Shown here piece after piece: positions 9,713 through 19,695 of a DNA stretch of 64,000 nucleotides. The stretch comes from Candidatus Cloacimonadota bacterium (GTDB lineage: Bacteria; Cloacimonadota; Cloacimonadia; JGIOTU-2), in NCBI GenBank assembly GCA_049903315.1, contig JBNGBT010000004.1:160001-224000 (forward strand), in the 5' to 3' direction. A model generated the notes under the pieces. That model ran no database searches and was not told the DNA's origin. It was given only the letters and a program-made list of their open reading frames with translations. Within the stretch, counting starts at the first letter, position 1; the number at the start of each line of letters is the position of its first letter. Made by a program: the position numbers and the translations under genes.

Positions 9713-11287
9713 ATGAAAAAAGTTATAGTATTAATTCTAACTATATTTATTCTCTCTCAACTCATAGCCCTGGAACTCACGCAGGAAGAAACTGCCTGGC
9801 TAAAAGAACATCCGGTCATTCGTATTGCTCCTGATCCGGATACTCCTCCTATTGAATGGTTTGATAATAATGGTGAATATCGGGGAATTACTGCTGATTT
9901 TATGAATTTGATTTCCAAAGAACTGGATGTAACGTTTGAAATAGTGAAATGCAAAACCTGGGATGAGGTTCTTTCCAAAGCGCGAAATAGAGAAGTAGAT
10001 TTGATACCGGCAGCAGCTCAAACACCCAGTAGAGCAGAATATATGCTTTTCTCGGAACCTTATCTCACTCTTCCCGGGGTCATTATAACTAAGAATGAAA
10101 ATAAAGATTTAACGACTACTAAAAAACTTAACGGGAAAAGAGTTGGAGTAGTATCAGGTTATATCTGGCATGAAGGTTTAGTCAGAGATTATCCCGATAT
10201 AGAAATTGTTCCTGTAGACCACATCTTGCATGGATTACGTAAAGTGTCCACTGGAGAGATCGATGCATTTGTGGGAATTTTTCCCATTGCACTTTATTAT
10301 ATCGAAAAAGAAGGTATTCACAACTTAATTGTAGCCGGTGAAACCGAATATGAAACCAGGATATCGATCCATACACGTAAAGATTGGCCAGTCCTGAATG
10401 CAATTATAAATAAGAGTCTCAAGAGTATATCGGAAAATAAAAGGAAAGAGATCATAAATAAGTGGATATCACTAAAACCAATGTCGATATTTTCCTACAA
10501 AATTTTCTGGTTGATAGTTATATCTATAATAGGTGCAGGTTTCCTGATCGTAATTGTGATTGCTACCTGGAATGCATCGCTGAAGAAACAAGTGAAACGT
10601 AAAACCAAAGAGCTGGAAGATGATATTGTCATGCGCATGAAGACGGAAGAAGAATTAAAGCTCAGCCGGGAAAGGTTGAAAATAGCAAGTTCCATTTTGC
10701 GGCACGACATTATTAATGATTTGACTGTGATTAAAAGTGCGGTTGATATCTATCGTGAAGATGGGGATGAATCAATGATCGATGAGATAGAGAAACGAGT
10801 TGAGAAAAGCATTGAAACGATACATAAACAAAGGGAACAGGTAAAGTTTATAGATTCTCATTCTGATCTTGATGAATTTGATTTGAAAAAAGTTGTACAA
10901 AAAGTGCTCAGTAACTATCCAAATTTGCTTATCACTATTAAGGGCAATTGTGTTGCGTATGCAGATAATGCAATATATTCAGTATTCGATAACATAGTAA
11001 ATAATACGGTCAGGCACGGGAAAACTTATAAATTGGATATAGAAATTATTCCAAACAAAGAACATTGTGAGGTGAGATTTAAAGATCATGGTATAGGAGT
11101 TCCCGATGAAATAAAGGATAAGGTATTTGATGAGGGCTTCCATTACGGCGAAACCGGTCATACAGGTATCGGTTTGTACATAGTTCAGACCACTGTCGAA
11201 GAATATGGTGGAAAGGTATTTGTAGAAGATAATACACCGCACGGAGCAGTATTTATTGTTCGTTTGAAGAAAGCGATTGAAGGATAA
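9713..11287 (+). CDS. Membrane sensor kinase: periplasmic SBP family-3 (BvgS-like) domain-TM-HisKA-HATPase
   Basis: LTQEETAWLKEHPVIRIAPDPDTPPIEWFD; TM helix; ILRHDIINDL; GETGHTGIGLYIV. Confidence 0.9.
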   Translation: MKKVIVLILTIFILSQLIALELTQEETAWLKEHPVIRIAPDPDTPPIEWFDNNGEYRGITADFMNLISKELDVTFEIVKCKTWDEVLSKARNREVDLIPAAAQTPSRAEYMLFSEPYLTLPGVIITKNENKDLTTTKKLNGKRVGVVSGYIWHEGLVRDYPDIEIVPVDHILHGLRKVSTGEIDAFVGIFPIALYYIEKEGIHNLIVAGETEYETRISIHTRKDWPVLNAIINKSLKSISENKRKEIINKWISLKPMSIFSYKIFWLIVISIIGAGFLIVIVIATWNASLKKQVKRKTKELEDDIVMRMKTEEELKLSRERLKIASSILRHDIINDLTVIKSAVDIYREDGDESMIDEIEKRVEKSIETIHKQREQVKFIDSHSDLDEFDLKKVVQKVLSNYPNLLITIKGNCVAYADNAIYSVFDNIVNNTVRHGKTYKLDIEIIPNKEHCEVRFKDHGIGVPDEIKDKVFDEGFHYGETGHTGIGLYIVQTTVEEYGGKVFVEDNTPHGAVFIVRLKKAIEG

Positions 11288-11290
11288 AAA

Positions 11291-11497
11291 ATGAGAAAGT
11301 ATTATGTAGAAAAAATTATGCAATCGAACGGTGAACACGAGGTTCATTCCGAAGAATGTAAGTCTCTACCAAATGAGGATAATAGAATCTATCTTGGAGA
11401 ATTTTATTGGTGCAGAACCGCAATTGAGGAAGCAAAGAAGCATTATTTTAAAGTAAATGGGTGTTATGCATGCTGTAATGAATGCCATAGAGATTAA
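11291..11497 (+). CDS. Small Cys/His-rich hypothetical protein, possibly metal-binding
   Basis: 68 aa with NGEHEVH, NRIYLGEF and VNGCYACCNECH; starts 3 nt after the kinase stop. Confidence 0.8.
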   Translation: MRKYYVEKIMQSNGEHEVHSEECKSLPNEDNRIYLGEFYWCRTAIEEAKKHYFKVNGCYACCNECHRD

Positions 11498-11603
11498 TTA
11501 TATAAATAATCTAATTCATTTATCCAAAAAAAATCTGAAAAACGAAACGAGATTTACCCTGAAAATATCAAAGGAGAGAATAAATCAATAAATTTCATTC
11601 ATG

Positions 11604-11798
11604 TCGTTCTTACCTCAACGCTTCGCTGTTAAGTCAAGTCCGACAATACTTGAGTTAAGGGCACGAAGTGAACTTGACTTAAGGATTGTGGATGTTGTTG
11701 CAGTTATCGTTCTTAACTCAATTCCTCAGCAAGCTGAGTTATTAAGTCAAGTCCGATGAAAGGGATAGAAAATGCGAAGTGAACTTGACTTAAGGATT
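11604..11798. repeat. Repeat family A, two tandem units (11604-11687 and 11707-11798)
   Basis: Near-identical to the 5819-6027 doublet. Confidence 0.9.
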
Positions 11799-11804
11799 GT
11801 GGAC

Positions 11805-12008
11805 GATTATTGTATCAGCATACCAGCTGAAATTAAGGATAAGATTTTTGTCGAAGGTTTCCACTACGGAGAAAATGGATATACAGGTATCGGGCTTTAT
11901 ATTGTTAAGACGACTGTTGAGGAATATAGCGGAGAAGTATTTGTAGAAGATAATACACTGAACGGTACAGTGTTTGTCAATCGGTTAAAGAAAACGATTA
12001 GGCGATAA
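11805..12008 (+). pseudogene. Truncated HATPase C-terminus of a further paralogous kinase
   Basis: DYCISIPAEIKDKIFVEGFHYGENGYTGIGLYIVKTTVEEYSGEVFVEDN...RLKKTIRR*; begins just after the repeat; G1 box degenerate (DYCIS vs DYGIG). Confidence 0.85.
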
Positions 12009-12505
12009 AAAAATGAAATTGAAAGCTAAGGTCATCCCATCTCCCTTACCTGCAGTTTTATATTGTTGCATGAGTGAGTGGTTAGCCCTTAATGAAAAAA
12101 TTGACAAAGTAAGAATTAAGAAAAGAATATTACTAACACAAGTAAATTTTAACCAGAAAAACTGTTTGTTACATGAGGTTGGATTAGGCGGAGGTATGGA
12201 TGTTAAAGTAGATTGTGAAGCTAGGATTGATAATATCATAATTATTACAGAACAATCAAATGATAGATTTATCTTAAACGGACGATGTGCGGAATTGTTT
12301 TCAAAGGATAGGGAGTCATTCTTTTTTACATCAATAAGAGCAGAAAGCTAATGAACAAGAATATTTCCACATCAAAAACCAGAAGAAAGTCTACAAAAAA
12401 ACAAATAACAAATAATTTGGATAAAGCGATGAGTTTATTCTATCTTGGTATGAAAATAAAACTGGAAAAAATTAAAATACAAGTAGATAAACCGGGAGGT
12501 TTGCT

Positions 12506-15500
12506 ATGAAATTTGTTAATAATCTCTCTATAAAAGGGAAAATTATATCAGTAGTATTACTTGTTGTCTTTCTTGAGATCCTCATATCAGTTGTCGGAAT
12601 TTACTATTTGAATCATTCCGAAAATCAATTAGATTATATCGTAGATATTAAATCGGAGAACATCAAACTTGCTGCTCGAATCCATCGAAACCTGGTTGAA
12701 ATAAATAGAGCTGAAAAAAATCTTCTCCTGTCTAATTCACTGGAAGAAATCGATCTCTATTTATCCAGGATTACAGAGGCAAAGAGTGAACTTGAGTCAA
12801 AATTAATACAGTTGAAATCCCAAATCGAAGAACAGAACATACAATACGTAGAGAACTTTGAAACAAGTTATGCAGAATTTATCAGAAAGAATGAGGAAGT
12901 ACAGGATATAATTTCTCATGAGCTGTTAAAAGCAGATATTACTCAGCTTCAATCTCCTGAAAAATTTATGAATTTCTCGGGCGATGCGGTTATCTCAGCT
13001 AAGAATTTGAGTAGGGAGTCGTATCATAATGCTGCTTCTGCAATGGAAAATCTGGTTGAAAAAATAGATGAAGAGCTTGGAGGGCAGCAGATAATAGCTT
13101 CCAAGAATGCCACCTCCGAACTGACCATTATTATAATAATTGCTTTGGCAAGTATTGTTATCGGGCTAGTGGCTGGATTATGGATAGCGCGATTAATATC
13201 ATCTAATTTGAACAAAGTGGTGCACCTGGCAAACGAAATAGCAGAAGGAAAGCTGGATACAAAGATTGAAATTGAAAGTAAGGATGAGACTGGCAAATTG
13301 GCAGAAGCTACCGAAAAAATGCAGATTTCGTTGCTTAAATCAAGAAATGAATCTGAAGCGGATGACTGGCTGAAAACAGGGATTGTGCGCATTAATGACG
13401 TCATAAAAGGTGAACTTGATTTACCGGATATGGCTAATAAAGTAATTACAGAAATTTCCTCCTATCTCGATGCTCAAATTGGTGCATTCTACCTTTATGA
13501 AAAAAATGACAAAGAAGAAGTCCTGACTTTACTCAGCAGTTATGCCTATCAGAAACGCAAAAACCTGTCGAATACATTCAAAATTGGTGAAGGATTAGTA
13601 GGTCAAGCAGCCTTGGAAAAAGCCCCAATATTGATAAAAAATGTTCCTGAAGATTATATCAAGGTTGTATCAGGCTTGGGTGAAAGAATTCCACAGTATA
13701 TTTGCGTGATTCCGTTTATATTCGAAGGCAAGGTGAAAGGCGTGATCGAAATCGGAACCTTGAATGACTTTACCGACCTGCAAATGGAGTATCTTAACCA
13801 GGCAATGGCTGCAATTGCTATTAATGTTGAAACTGCGAGGAATCGTGATGAACTTGCTAGAGCATTGCAAAAATCTCAAGCGCTTACAGAAGAATTGCAA
13901 AGCCAGCAGGAGGAATTGAGAACTGCCAATGAAGAGCTGGAAGAACAAACACAGCTCTTGCAGCAATCCGAAGAAAAATTAAAAGCCCAGCAAGAAGAAC
14001 TTGAAGTGACGAACGAAGAATTGGAAGAGAAAAACGAATCACTTCAAAGGCAGAAAAGGGATATTGAGAATGCGCGAAAGGAAATTGAAATAAAGGCGGA
14101 AGAACTCGCTATTGCAAGCAAATACAAATCCGAATTTCTTGCAAACATGTCACATGAGCTTCGCACTCCCTTGAATAGTCTATTAATACTCTCTCAAATA
14201 TTAGCTGAAAATAAAAATGGGAATTTGGATAAAAGCCAGGTAGAGTCTGCAAGCGTGATATATAAGAGTGGTAACGATCTTCTTTCTCTTATCAACGAGA
14301 TATTAGATCTTTCCAAGATCGAAGCCGGTAGAATGGATGTCCATGTTGAGCAAATAAATATTAAGGGACTCATAGAGAATATCAAAAACAATTTCCATCA
14401 TATGCTCGACGAAAAAGGGCTGTCCTTAACGACCGAAGTAGATTCCAAAGTGCCCGAATCAATATTAAGCGATAATCAGCGCCTGATGCAGATCATCAAG
14501 AACATTATGTCAAATGCGATCAAATTTACAATGAAGGGGGGCGTTACCGTTAAGGTGAATGTGCCGCCAAACAATGTAGATTTGTCGAGAAGCGGACTTA
14601 AGCCGGATAACTGTATAGCGATCTCGATACAGGACAGTGGAATTGGAATTTCTTCCGAAGAACAGAAGATTATATTCGAAGCTTTCCAGCAGGCAGAAGG
14701 TGGAACATCGAGAGAGTTCGGTGGAACAGGTCTGGGACTTTCAATTTCAAGGGAATTAGCCAATTTGCTTGGAGGAGAAATCCAATTAGTGAGCGAAAAA
14801 GGAAAAGGATCAACATTTACTCTTTATATTCCTGTGAGATTAGTAGAGACAAAAATAAAAATTGCCCCATTATTAAAGATACCTGAGGAACCAGCCATTG
14901 AAGTTATTACGGATAAGAAAACTCCAGCAACAGTCCAACATGAAATACCTGATGACCGTGAGTCTCTTGCAAAGGGAGAAAAAAGTATTCTCATAATCGA
15001 AGATGATCCCAATTTTGCGAAACTGGTCCTCGATCAATGCCATCAGAAGAATTTTAACGGAATCGTCGCGTTAACAGGAGAAGAAGGATTGGAGCTCGCA
15101 GTTCAGTACCTTCCGGCTGCAGTGATTTTGGATCTGCATCTGCCGGGAATTGACGGCTGGAGTGTGCTCGATAGTCTTAAAAATAATCCAGAAACAAGGC
15201 ACATACCGGTTCATATCATGTCTGTAGAGGACTCCACTCTGGAAGCATTCAGAAAGGGGGCAATCGGTTATTTAACAAAACCTGTCAAAAAAGAAGAACT
15301 CGATGGAGCATTCCAGAAACTCGAGGGGATGTTGAGTAAACGAATTAAGGATCTGCTCGTTGTAGAAGATGATCAAGCACTTCGGGACAGCATCATTAAA
15401 TTGATCGGAAACGGAGATGTCCACTGCAAAGCAACAGGTTCTGGCAAAGAGACGCTCAAAGAACTGAAAGCAAATAAATTTGATTGTATCATTCTTGATC

Positions 15501-16147
15501 TTGGGCTGCCTGATATGACAGGATTTGAGCTATTGAAAAAGTTAGAGGAATTGGAAATAGACATCCCGCCAATTATTGTCTATACAGGCAGAGAACTCAC
15601 AAAAGAAGAAGAGTATGAATTGCGTAACTATGCAGAATCAATAATAATAAAAGGAGTCAAATCACAAGAAAGATTGCTGGACGAAGCATCGTTGTTTCTC
15701 CATAGGATGGTTGAAAATATGCCGGAAAAAAAGAGAAAAATGATTGCAGATCTCCATGATACAGATGTAATTTTCAAAGATAAAAAAGTCCTGATCGTGG
15801 ATGATGATATGAGGAATGTTTTTGCCCTTTCTAAATTACTGAGTGATAAAGGAATTACACTGCTGAAAGCAGGAGACGGACTGCAAGCGTTAGATATATT
15901 GAAACATAATCAAGATGTTGGTCTTGTTCTCATGGACATCATGATGCCGGAAATGGACGGTTATGAAACAATAAAACGTATTCGAGCGCAGGAAAAATTC
16001 TATAAGCTTCCGATTATCGCACTCACCGCAAAAGCAATGAAAAAGGATTATGAAGATTGTATTGCAGTAGGTGCAAGTGACTATTTACCAAAGCCGGTAG
16101 ATATAAACAGACTCCTTTCTATGATGAGGGTCTGGTTATATAGATGA
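12506..16147 (+). CDS. Hybrid histidine kinase: four-helix-bundle sensor-HAMP-GAF-coiled coil-HisKA-HATPase-3xREC
   Basis: Two TM segments; HAMP (KDETGKLA); GAF (GEGLVGQAA); FLANMSHELRTPLNS; GGTGLGLSIS; three receiver domains. Confidence 0.93.
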   Translation: MKFVNNLSIKGKIISVVLLVVFLEILISVVGIYYLNHSENQLDYIVDIKSENIKLAARIHRNLVEINRAEKNLLLSNSLEEIDLYLSRITEAKSELESKLIQLKSQIEEQNIQYVENFETSYAEFIRKNEEVQDIISHELLKADITQLQSPEKFMNFSGDAVISAKNLSRESYHNAASAMENLVEKIDEELGGQQIIASKNATSELTIIIIIALASIVIGLVAGLWIARLISSNLNKVVHLANEIAEGKLDTKIEIESKDETGKLAEATEKMQISLLKSRNESEADDWLKTGIVRINDVIKGELDLPDMANKVITEISSYLDAQIGAFYLYEKNDKEEVLTLLSSYAYQKRKNLSNTFKIGEGLVGQAALEKAPILIKNVPEDYIKVVSGLGERIPQYICVIPFIFEGKVKGVIEIGTLNDFTDLQMEYLNQAMAAIAINVETARNRDELARALQKSQALTEELQSQQEELRTANEELEEQTQLLQQSEEKLKAQQEELEVTNEELEEKNESLQRQKRDIENARKEIEIKAEELAIASKYKSEFLANMSHELRTPLNSLLILSQILAENKNGNLDKSQVESASVIYKSGNDLLSLINEILDLSKIEAGRMDVHVEQINIKGLIENIKNNFHHMLDEKGLSLTTEVDSKVPESILSDNQRLMQIIKNIMSNAIKFTMKGGVTVKVNVPPNNVDLSRSGLKPDNCIAISIQDSGIGISSEEQKIIFEAFQQAEGGTSREFGGTGLGLSISRELANLLGGEIQLVSEKGKGSTFTLYIPVRLVETKIKIAPLLKIPEEPAIEVITDKKTPATVQHEIPDDRESLAKGEKSILIIEDDPNFAKLVLDQCHQKNFNGIVALTGEEGLELAVQYLPAAVILDLHLPGIDGWSVLDSLKNNPETRHIPVHIMSVEDSTLEAFRKGAIGYLTKPVKKEELDGAFQKLEGMLSKRIKDLLVVEDDQALRDSIIKLIGNGDVHCKATGSGKETLKELKANKFDCIILDLGLPDMTGFELLKKLEELEIDIPPIIVYTGRELTKEEEYELRNYAESIIIKGVKSQERLLDEASLFLHRMVENMPEKKRKMIADLHDTDVIFKDKKVLIVDDDMRNVFALSKLLSDKGITLLKAGDGLQALDILKHNQDVGLVLMDIMMPEMDGYETIKRIRAQEKFYKLPIIALTAKAMKKDYEDCIAVGASDYLPKPVDINRLLSMMRVWLYR

Positions 16148-16187
16148 GGAAAGCAGCAGACTGTAAACTGAATATGGAGTTAAAAAA

Positions 16188-17042
16188 GTGAAGAACAAAG
16201 ACATCGATAACCTGGAATTAACTCTTTTACTTGACGCCATGTATAAAAGATACGGATATGATTTTCGGGATTATTCAAGGGCTTCTGTAGAACGAAGAGC
16301 CAGACATTTCATAGCAAAAGAAGGTTACAAATCAATTTCCGAGATGATCCCGCTCCTGTTACATGATGAAACCTTTTTTCAAACTCTGGTTCGTGAATTT
16401 TCCATCACAGTAACCGAGATATTTCGCGATCCCCACGTGTATAAAGTGATCAAGGAAAAGGTTTTCCCGGTTCTGGAAACCTATCCCTTTATCAAGATAT
16501 GGCATGCTGGCTGCGCTACTGGTGAGGAAGTTTATTCGCTTGCTATACTTATGAAAGAGAATGGCTTATACGATAGGGCAACCATCTTTGCTACAGATTT
16601 TAATGACGAAGCATTAGAGAAAGCAAGGCAGGGGATTTACCATGTGGACAATATCAAGCAATGTACTCAAAATTACCAGAAAGGCGGAGGTTCCGAATCA
16701 TTCTCCCAATATTACCATGCTAAGTATGATTCAATAGCAATTGATAACTCGCTAAAAAAGAAAATAACATTTGCAAATCACAACCTGGTCACTGACCACT
16801 CATTTGGCGAGATGAACCTGATCCTTTGTAGAAATGTGTTGATATATTTTAACAAGGGGTTGCAGAATAGGGCTTTACAGCTCTTTGATGACAGTCTCAT
16901 GCCTGGCGGATTTCTCTGCCTTGGTAACAAGGAAAGCCTTCTTTTCTGGGACGAGAGAAAAAGATATGAAACCATATCAGACAGTGCAAAAATTTTCAGA
17001 AAAAAATATGTGCACACCCACAATAAAACCATAGGGCAATAG
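16188..17042 (+). CDS. cheR: CheR-type protein-glutamate methyltransferase
   Basis: YGYDFRDY, IWHAGCATGEEVYS, LILCRNVLIYF. Confidence 0.93.
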   Translation: MKNKDIDNLELTLLLDAMYKRYGYDFRDYSRASVERRARHFIAKEGYKSISEMIPLLLHDETFFQTLVREFSITVTEIFRDPHVYKVIKEKVFPVLETYPFIKIWHAGCATGEEVYSLAILMKENGLYDRATIFATDFNDEALEKARQGIYHVDNIKQCTQNYQKGGGSESFSQYYHAKYDSIAIDNSLKKKITFANHNLVTDHSFGEMNLILCRNVLIYFNKGLQNRALQLFDDSLMPGGFLCLGNKESLLFWDERKRYETISDSAKIFRKKYVHTHNKTIGQ

Positions 17043-17043
17043 C

Positions 17044-17625
17044 ATGAATAAAAAAGCATATAAAGCAATTGTAATAGGTGTTTCCGCCGGTGGTTTGAGA
17101 GCTATAATAGAATTATTTAAAAATCTGCCATCTGATTATCCCTTTCCCATTATCGTTACTCAACACCTTTATCCTACGGAAGATAGCTGCCTGGCGGAGC
17201 TTTTAAACAGGATAACAGCGCTCCATGTGAAGGAAGCGAGCGATAAAGAAGATGTCAAGGCAGGAAATATATACCTGGCGCCACCCAATTACCATTTGCT
17301 GGTTGAACGCAACGAAACATTTTCTCTATCGAATGATGAAAAGGTAAATCATTCCAGACCTTCAATCGATGTGATGTTTGAAAGCGCTGCATATGTCTGG
17401 GGTGATCTTCTTATCGGGATTATTCTGACCGGAGCAAATAGCGACGGTGCGAAAGGCATAAAAATCATTAAAGAATTTGGCGGATTAACAATAGCTCAAG
17501 ATCCGGAAAAAGCTGAACATCCTGCAATGCCATTATTTGCAATAAATACAGGTGCTATTGATAAGATATTAAATCTTAACGAGATCAACGCTTTCCTGAT
17601 CAACCTTGTAATGGATATATCATGA
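17044..17625 (+). CDS. cheB: CheB-type methylesterase (catalytic domain only)
   Basis: GVSAGG, HSRPSIDVMFESAA, LTGANSDGA. Confidence 0.93.
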   Translation: MNKKAYKAIVIGVSAGGLRAIIELFKNLPSDYPFPIIVTQHLYPTEDSCLAELLNRITALHVKEASDKEDVKAGNIYLAPPNYHLLVERNETFSLSNDEKVNHSRPSIDVMFESAAYVWGDLLIGIILTGANSDGAKGIKIIKEFGGLTIAQDPEKAEHPAMPLFAINTGAIDKILNLNEINAFLINLVMDIS

Positions 17626-17650
17626 GAAAGCACCATTATGGAGGAATTGC

Positions 17651-19189
17651 ATGAATAAAAAACAAAAAATTCTGATTGTAGATGACAAAAAAGAAAACTT
17701 AATCGTTTTGGAAAAAGTGTTACAAGCACTCGATGTTGATATCGTTAAGGCAGAGAGCGGTAATGATGCACTCAAAGCAACACTCAACCACGATTTTGCA
17801 CTGGCAATTCTGGATGTGCAAATGCCGGAAATGGACGGGTATGAACTTGCAGAGTATTTACGGAATGAAGAAAAAACAAAACATCTCCCAATGATCTTTC
17901 TTTCTGCGGTTTATTCTGATGATTATCATGTGTTTAGGGGGTATGAAGCTGGTGCAGTTGATTTTGTGACCAAACCATACAATCCATACTACCTTGTCAG
18001 CAAGGTGAATATCTTCCTGCAGTTGGACAAACAAAAGCATGAACTCCTTGAAAAAATCGAGCTTGAGAAATCGAAAAACTATCTTGAAAGTATTTTAATG
18101 TCTGTTAATGACTCTATAATAGTATTGTCATTAGACGGGGTGATGAAAACCGTAAATAAAGCTGCGTTATCACTTTGGGGCTATAAAAACAAAGAGATGA
18201 TAGGTTCAAAGATACGAAAATTATTTGAAACTGATATTTATACTACGTGGCTCAATTCAATAAAAGATTATAATGTATCGCTGGGTAAATCAAACTTTTC
18301 CTTTAAAAAAGTAGAAGCGAACATTATCACGAAAGATAACAATAAAATACCTGCTCTTATCTCCGGTTCAGCTCTTTTAAATCGCAATGGGGATGTTCAG
18401 GGAGCAGTTCTTGTTGCAGTTGATATTTCTGAAAGAAAGATCGCTGAGATGAAAATCAAGCAAATGAATGAAGAACTGGAAGAACGGGTAAAGGAAAGAA
18501 CCCTACAACTTGAGATTTCAAATAAAGACCTGGAAGCGTTCTCATATTCGGTTTCCCATGATCTCAGAACACCCCTGCGAGCAATTTCCGGTTTTGCAAA
18601 TGCTTTGTATAAAAAATATTTTGATGTATGTGATGATGAGGGAAAAAGATTGATCAATGTCATTATCGATAGTGCAAGCAAAATGGGTTGCTTGATAGAT
18701 GACATACTCGCATTCTCTAGATTGGGCAGAAAAGAAGTTGTGAAGAATTTGATTGATCTGAATCCTCTATTTACAGAAGCATTTGACGAATTAACAAATC
18801 TTATAACTGACAGACAAATTGAATTCAAGCTTTCAAAACTTCCCTCGGTGAACGCAGATGCCTCATTAATCAAGCATGTAATAACCAATCTTCTCGCTAA
18901 TGCTGTCAAATTCACACAAACAAAGGAACATGCAGTCATTGAAGTCGGGTGCCAGAAGACTGAAGATAAAATTGTCTATTATGTGAAAGATAATGGCGTA
19001 GGATTTAATATGGAATATGCTGATAAGTTATATAATGTCTTTCAGCGCTTGCATACAGACAGAGAGTTCGAAGGTACTGGTGTAGGTTTGGCGATTGCGT
19101 ATAAAATTCTGCAAAGACATGGCGGAATTATTTGGGCAGAAGCCGAAGTAAATAATGGGGCAACGTTTTATTTTTCATTACCTCAATAA
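17651..19189 (+). CDS. Hybrid kinase REC-PAS-HisKA-HATPase
   Basis: ILIVDD, LDVQMPEMDG, FSYSVSHDLRTPLR, GTGVGLA. Confidence 0.92.
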   Translation: MNKKQKILIVDDKKENLIVLEKVLQALDVDIVKAESGNDALKATLNHDFALAILDVQMPEMDGYELAEYLRNEEKTKHLPMIFLSAVYSDDYHVFRGYEAGAVDFVTKPYNPYYLVSKVNIFLQLDKQKHELLEKIELEKSKNYLESILMSVNDSIIVLSLDGVMKTVNKAALSLWGYKNKEMIGSKIRKLFETDIYTTWLNSIKDYNVSLGKSNFSFKKVEANIITKDNNKIPALISGSALLNRNGDVQGAVLVAVDISERKIAEMKIKQMNEELEERVKERTLQLEISNKDLEAFSYSVSHDLRTPLRAISGFANALYKKYFDVCDDEGKRLINVIIDSASKMGCLIDDILAFSRLGRKEVVKNLIDLNPLFTEAFDELTNLITDRQIEFKLSKLPSVNADASLIKHVITNLLANAVKFTQTKEHAVIEVGCQKTEDKIVYYVKDNGVGFNMEYADKLYNVFQRLHTDREFEGTGVGLAIAYKILQRHGGIIWAEAEVNNGATFYFSLPQ

Positions 19190-19201
19190 AGGAGTAAAAA
19201 C

Positions 19202-19642
19202 ATGAAAGAAGAGTGGTATGAAATTTTGCTGGTTGAAGACGATCCTAATGATGCTGAAATGACAATAAATGTTTTAACAGAAAATCATCTTGCCAATAAG
19301 ATACATTGGGCTGAAGATGGTGAACAGGCAATTGACTATATTTTTGGATTAGGAAAACATACAGGGCGAAATATTGAACATAAGCCCAAATTGATACTTC
19401 TTGACCTTAAGCTGCCCAAAATTGATGGTTTGGAGATTCTGAAAAGGATCAAATCGGACGGGATAATGAAAACGATACCGGTCGTGATACTCACGTCATC
19501 AAGAGAAGATAATGATATCTTGAAAAGTTATAGTCTCGGAGTAAACAGCTACATCGTGAAGCCGGTTGATTTTGACCAGTTTTCTAAAGTAGTGAACGGA
19601 TTGGGTTTGTATTGGCTGTTATTAAACCAGCCCCCGGAGTAA
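19202..19642 (+). CDS. Single-domain response regulator
   Basis: ILLVEDDPND, LLDLKLPKIDG, NSYIVKPV. Confidence 0.92.
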   Translation: MKEEWYEILLVEDDPNDAEMTINVLTENHLANKIHWAEDGEQAIDYIFGLGKHTGRNIEHKPKLILLDLKLPKIDGLEILKRIKSDGIMKTIPVVILTSSREDNDILKSYSLGVNSYIVKPVDFDQFSKVVNGLGLYWLLLNQPPE

Positions 19643-19695
19643 ACAATGAAAACAAATATAAACACAGCATCATCACAAGAAAGAAAGGAAGAGTT

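Noticed and set aside
11772..12008. 78-aa ORF as an intact gene
   Set aside because: Its ATG lies inside repeat A and the rest is a decayed HATPase tail.
5150..12008. Diversity-generating retroelement (template/variable repeats in kinase tails)
   Set aside because: No reverse transcriptase in the window, and the differences between copies do not look adenine-specific.
12013..12351. 112-aa ORF
   Set aside because: No recognisable motif; spans probable promoter DNA (TTGACA at 12101). A shorter ORF from 12196 has an RBS but no other support.
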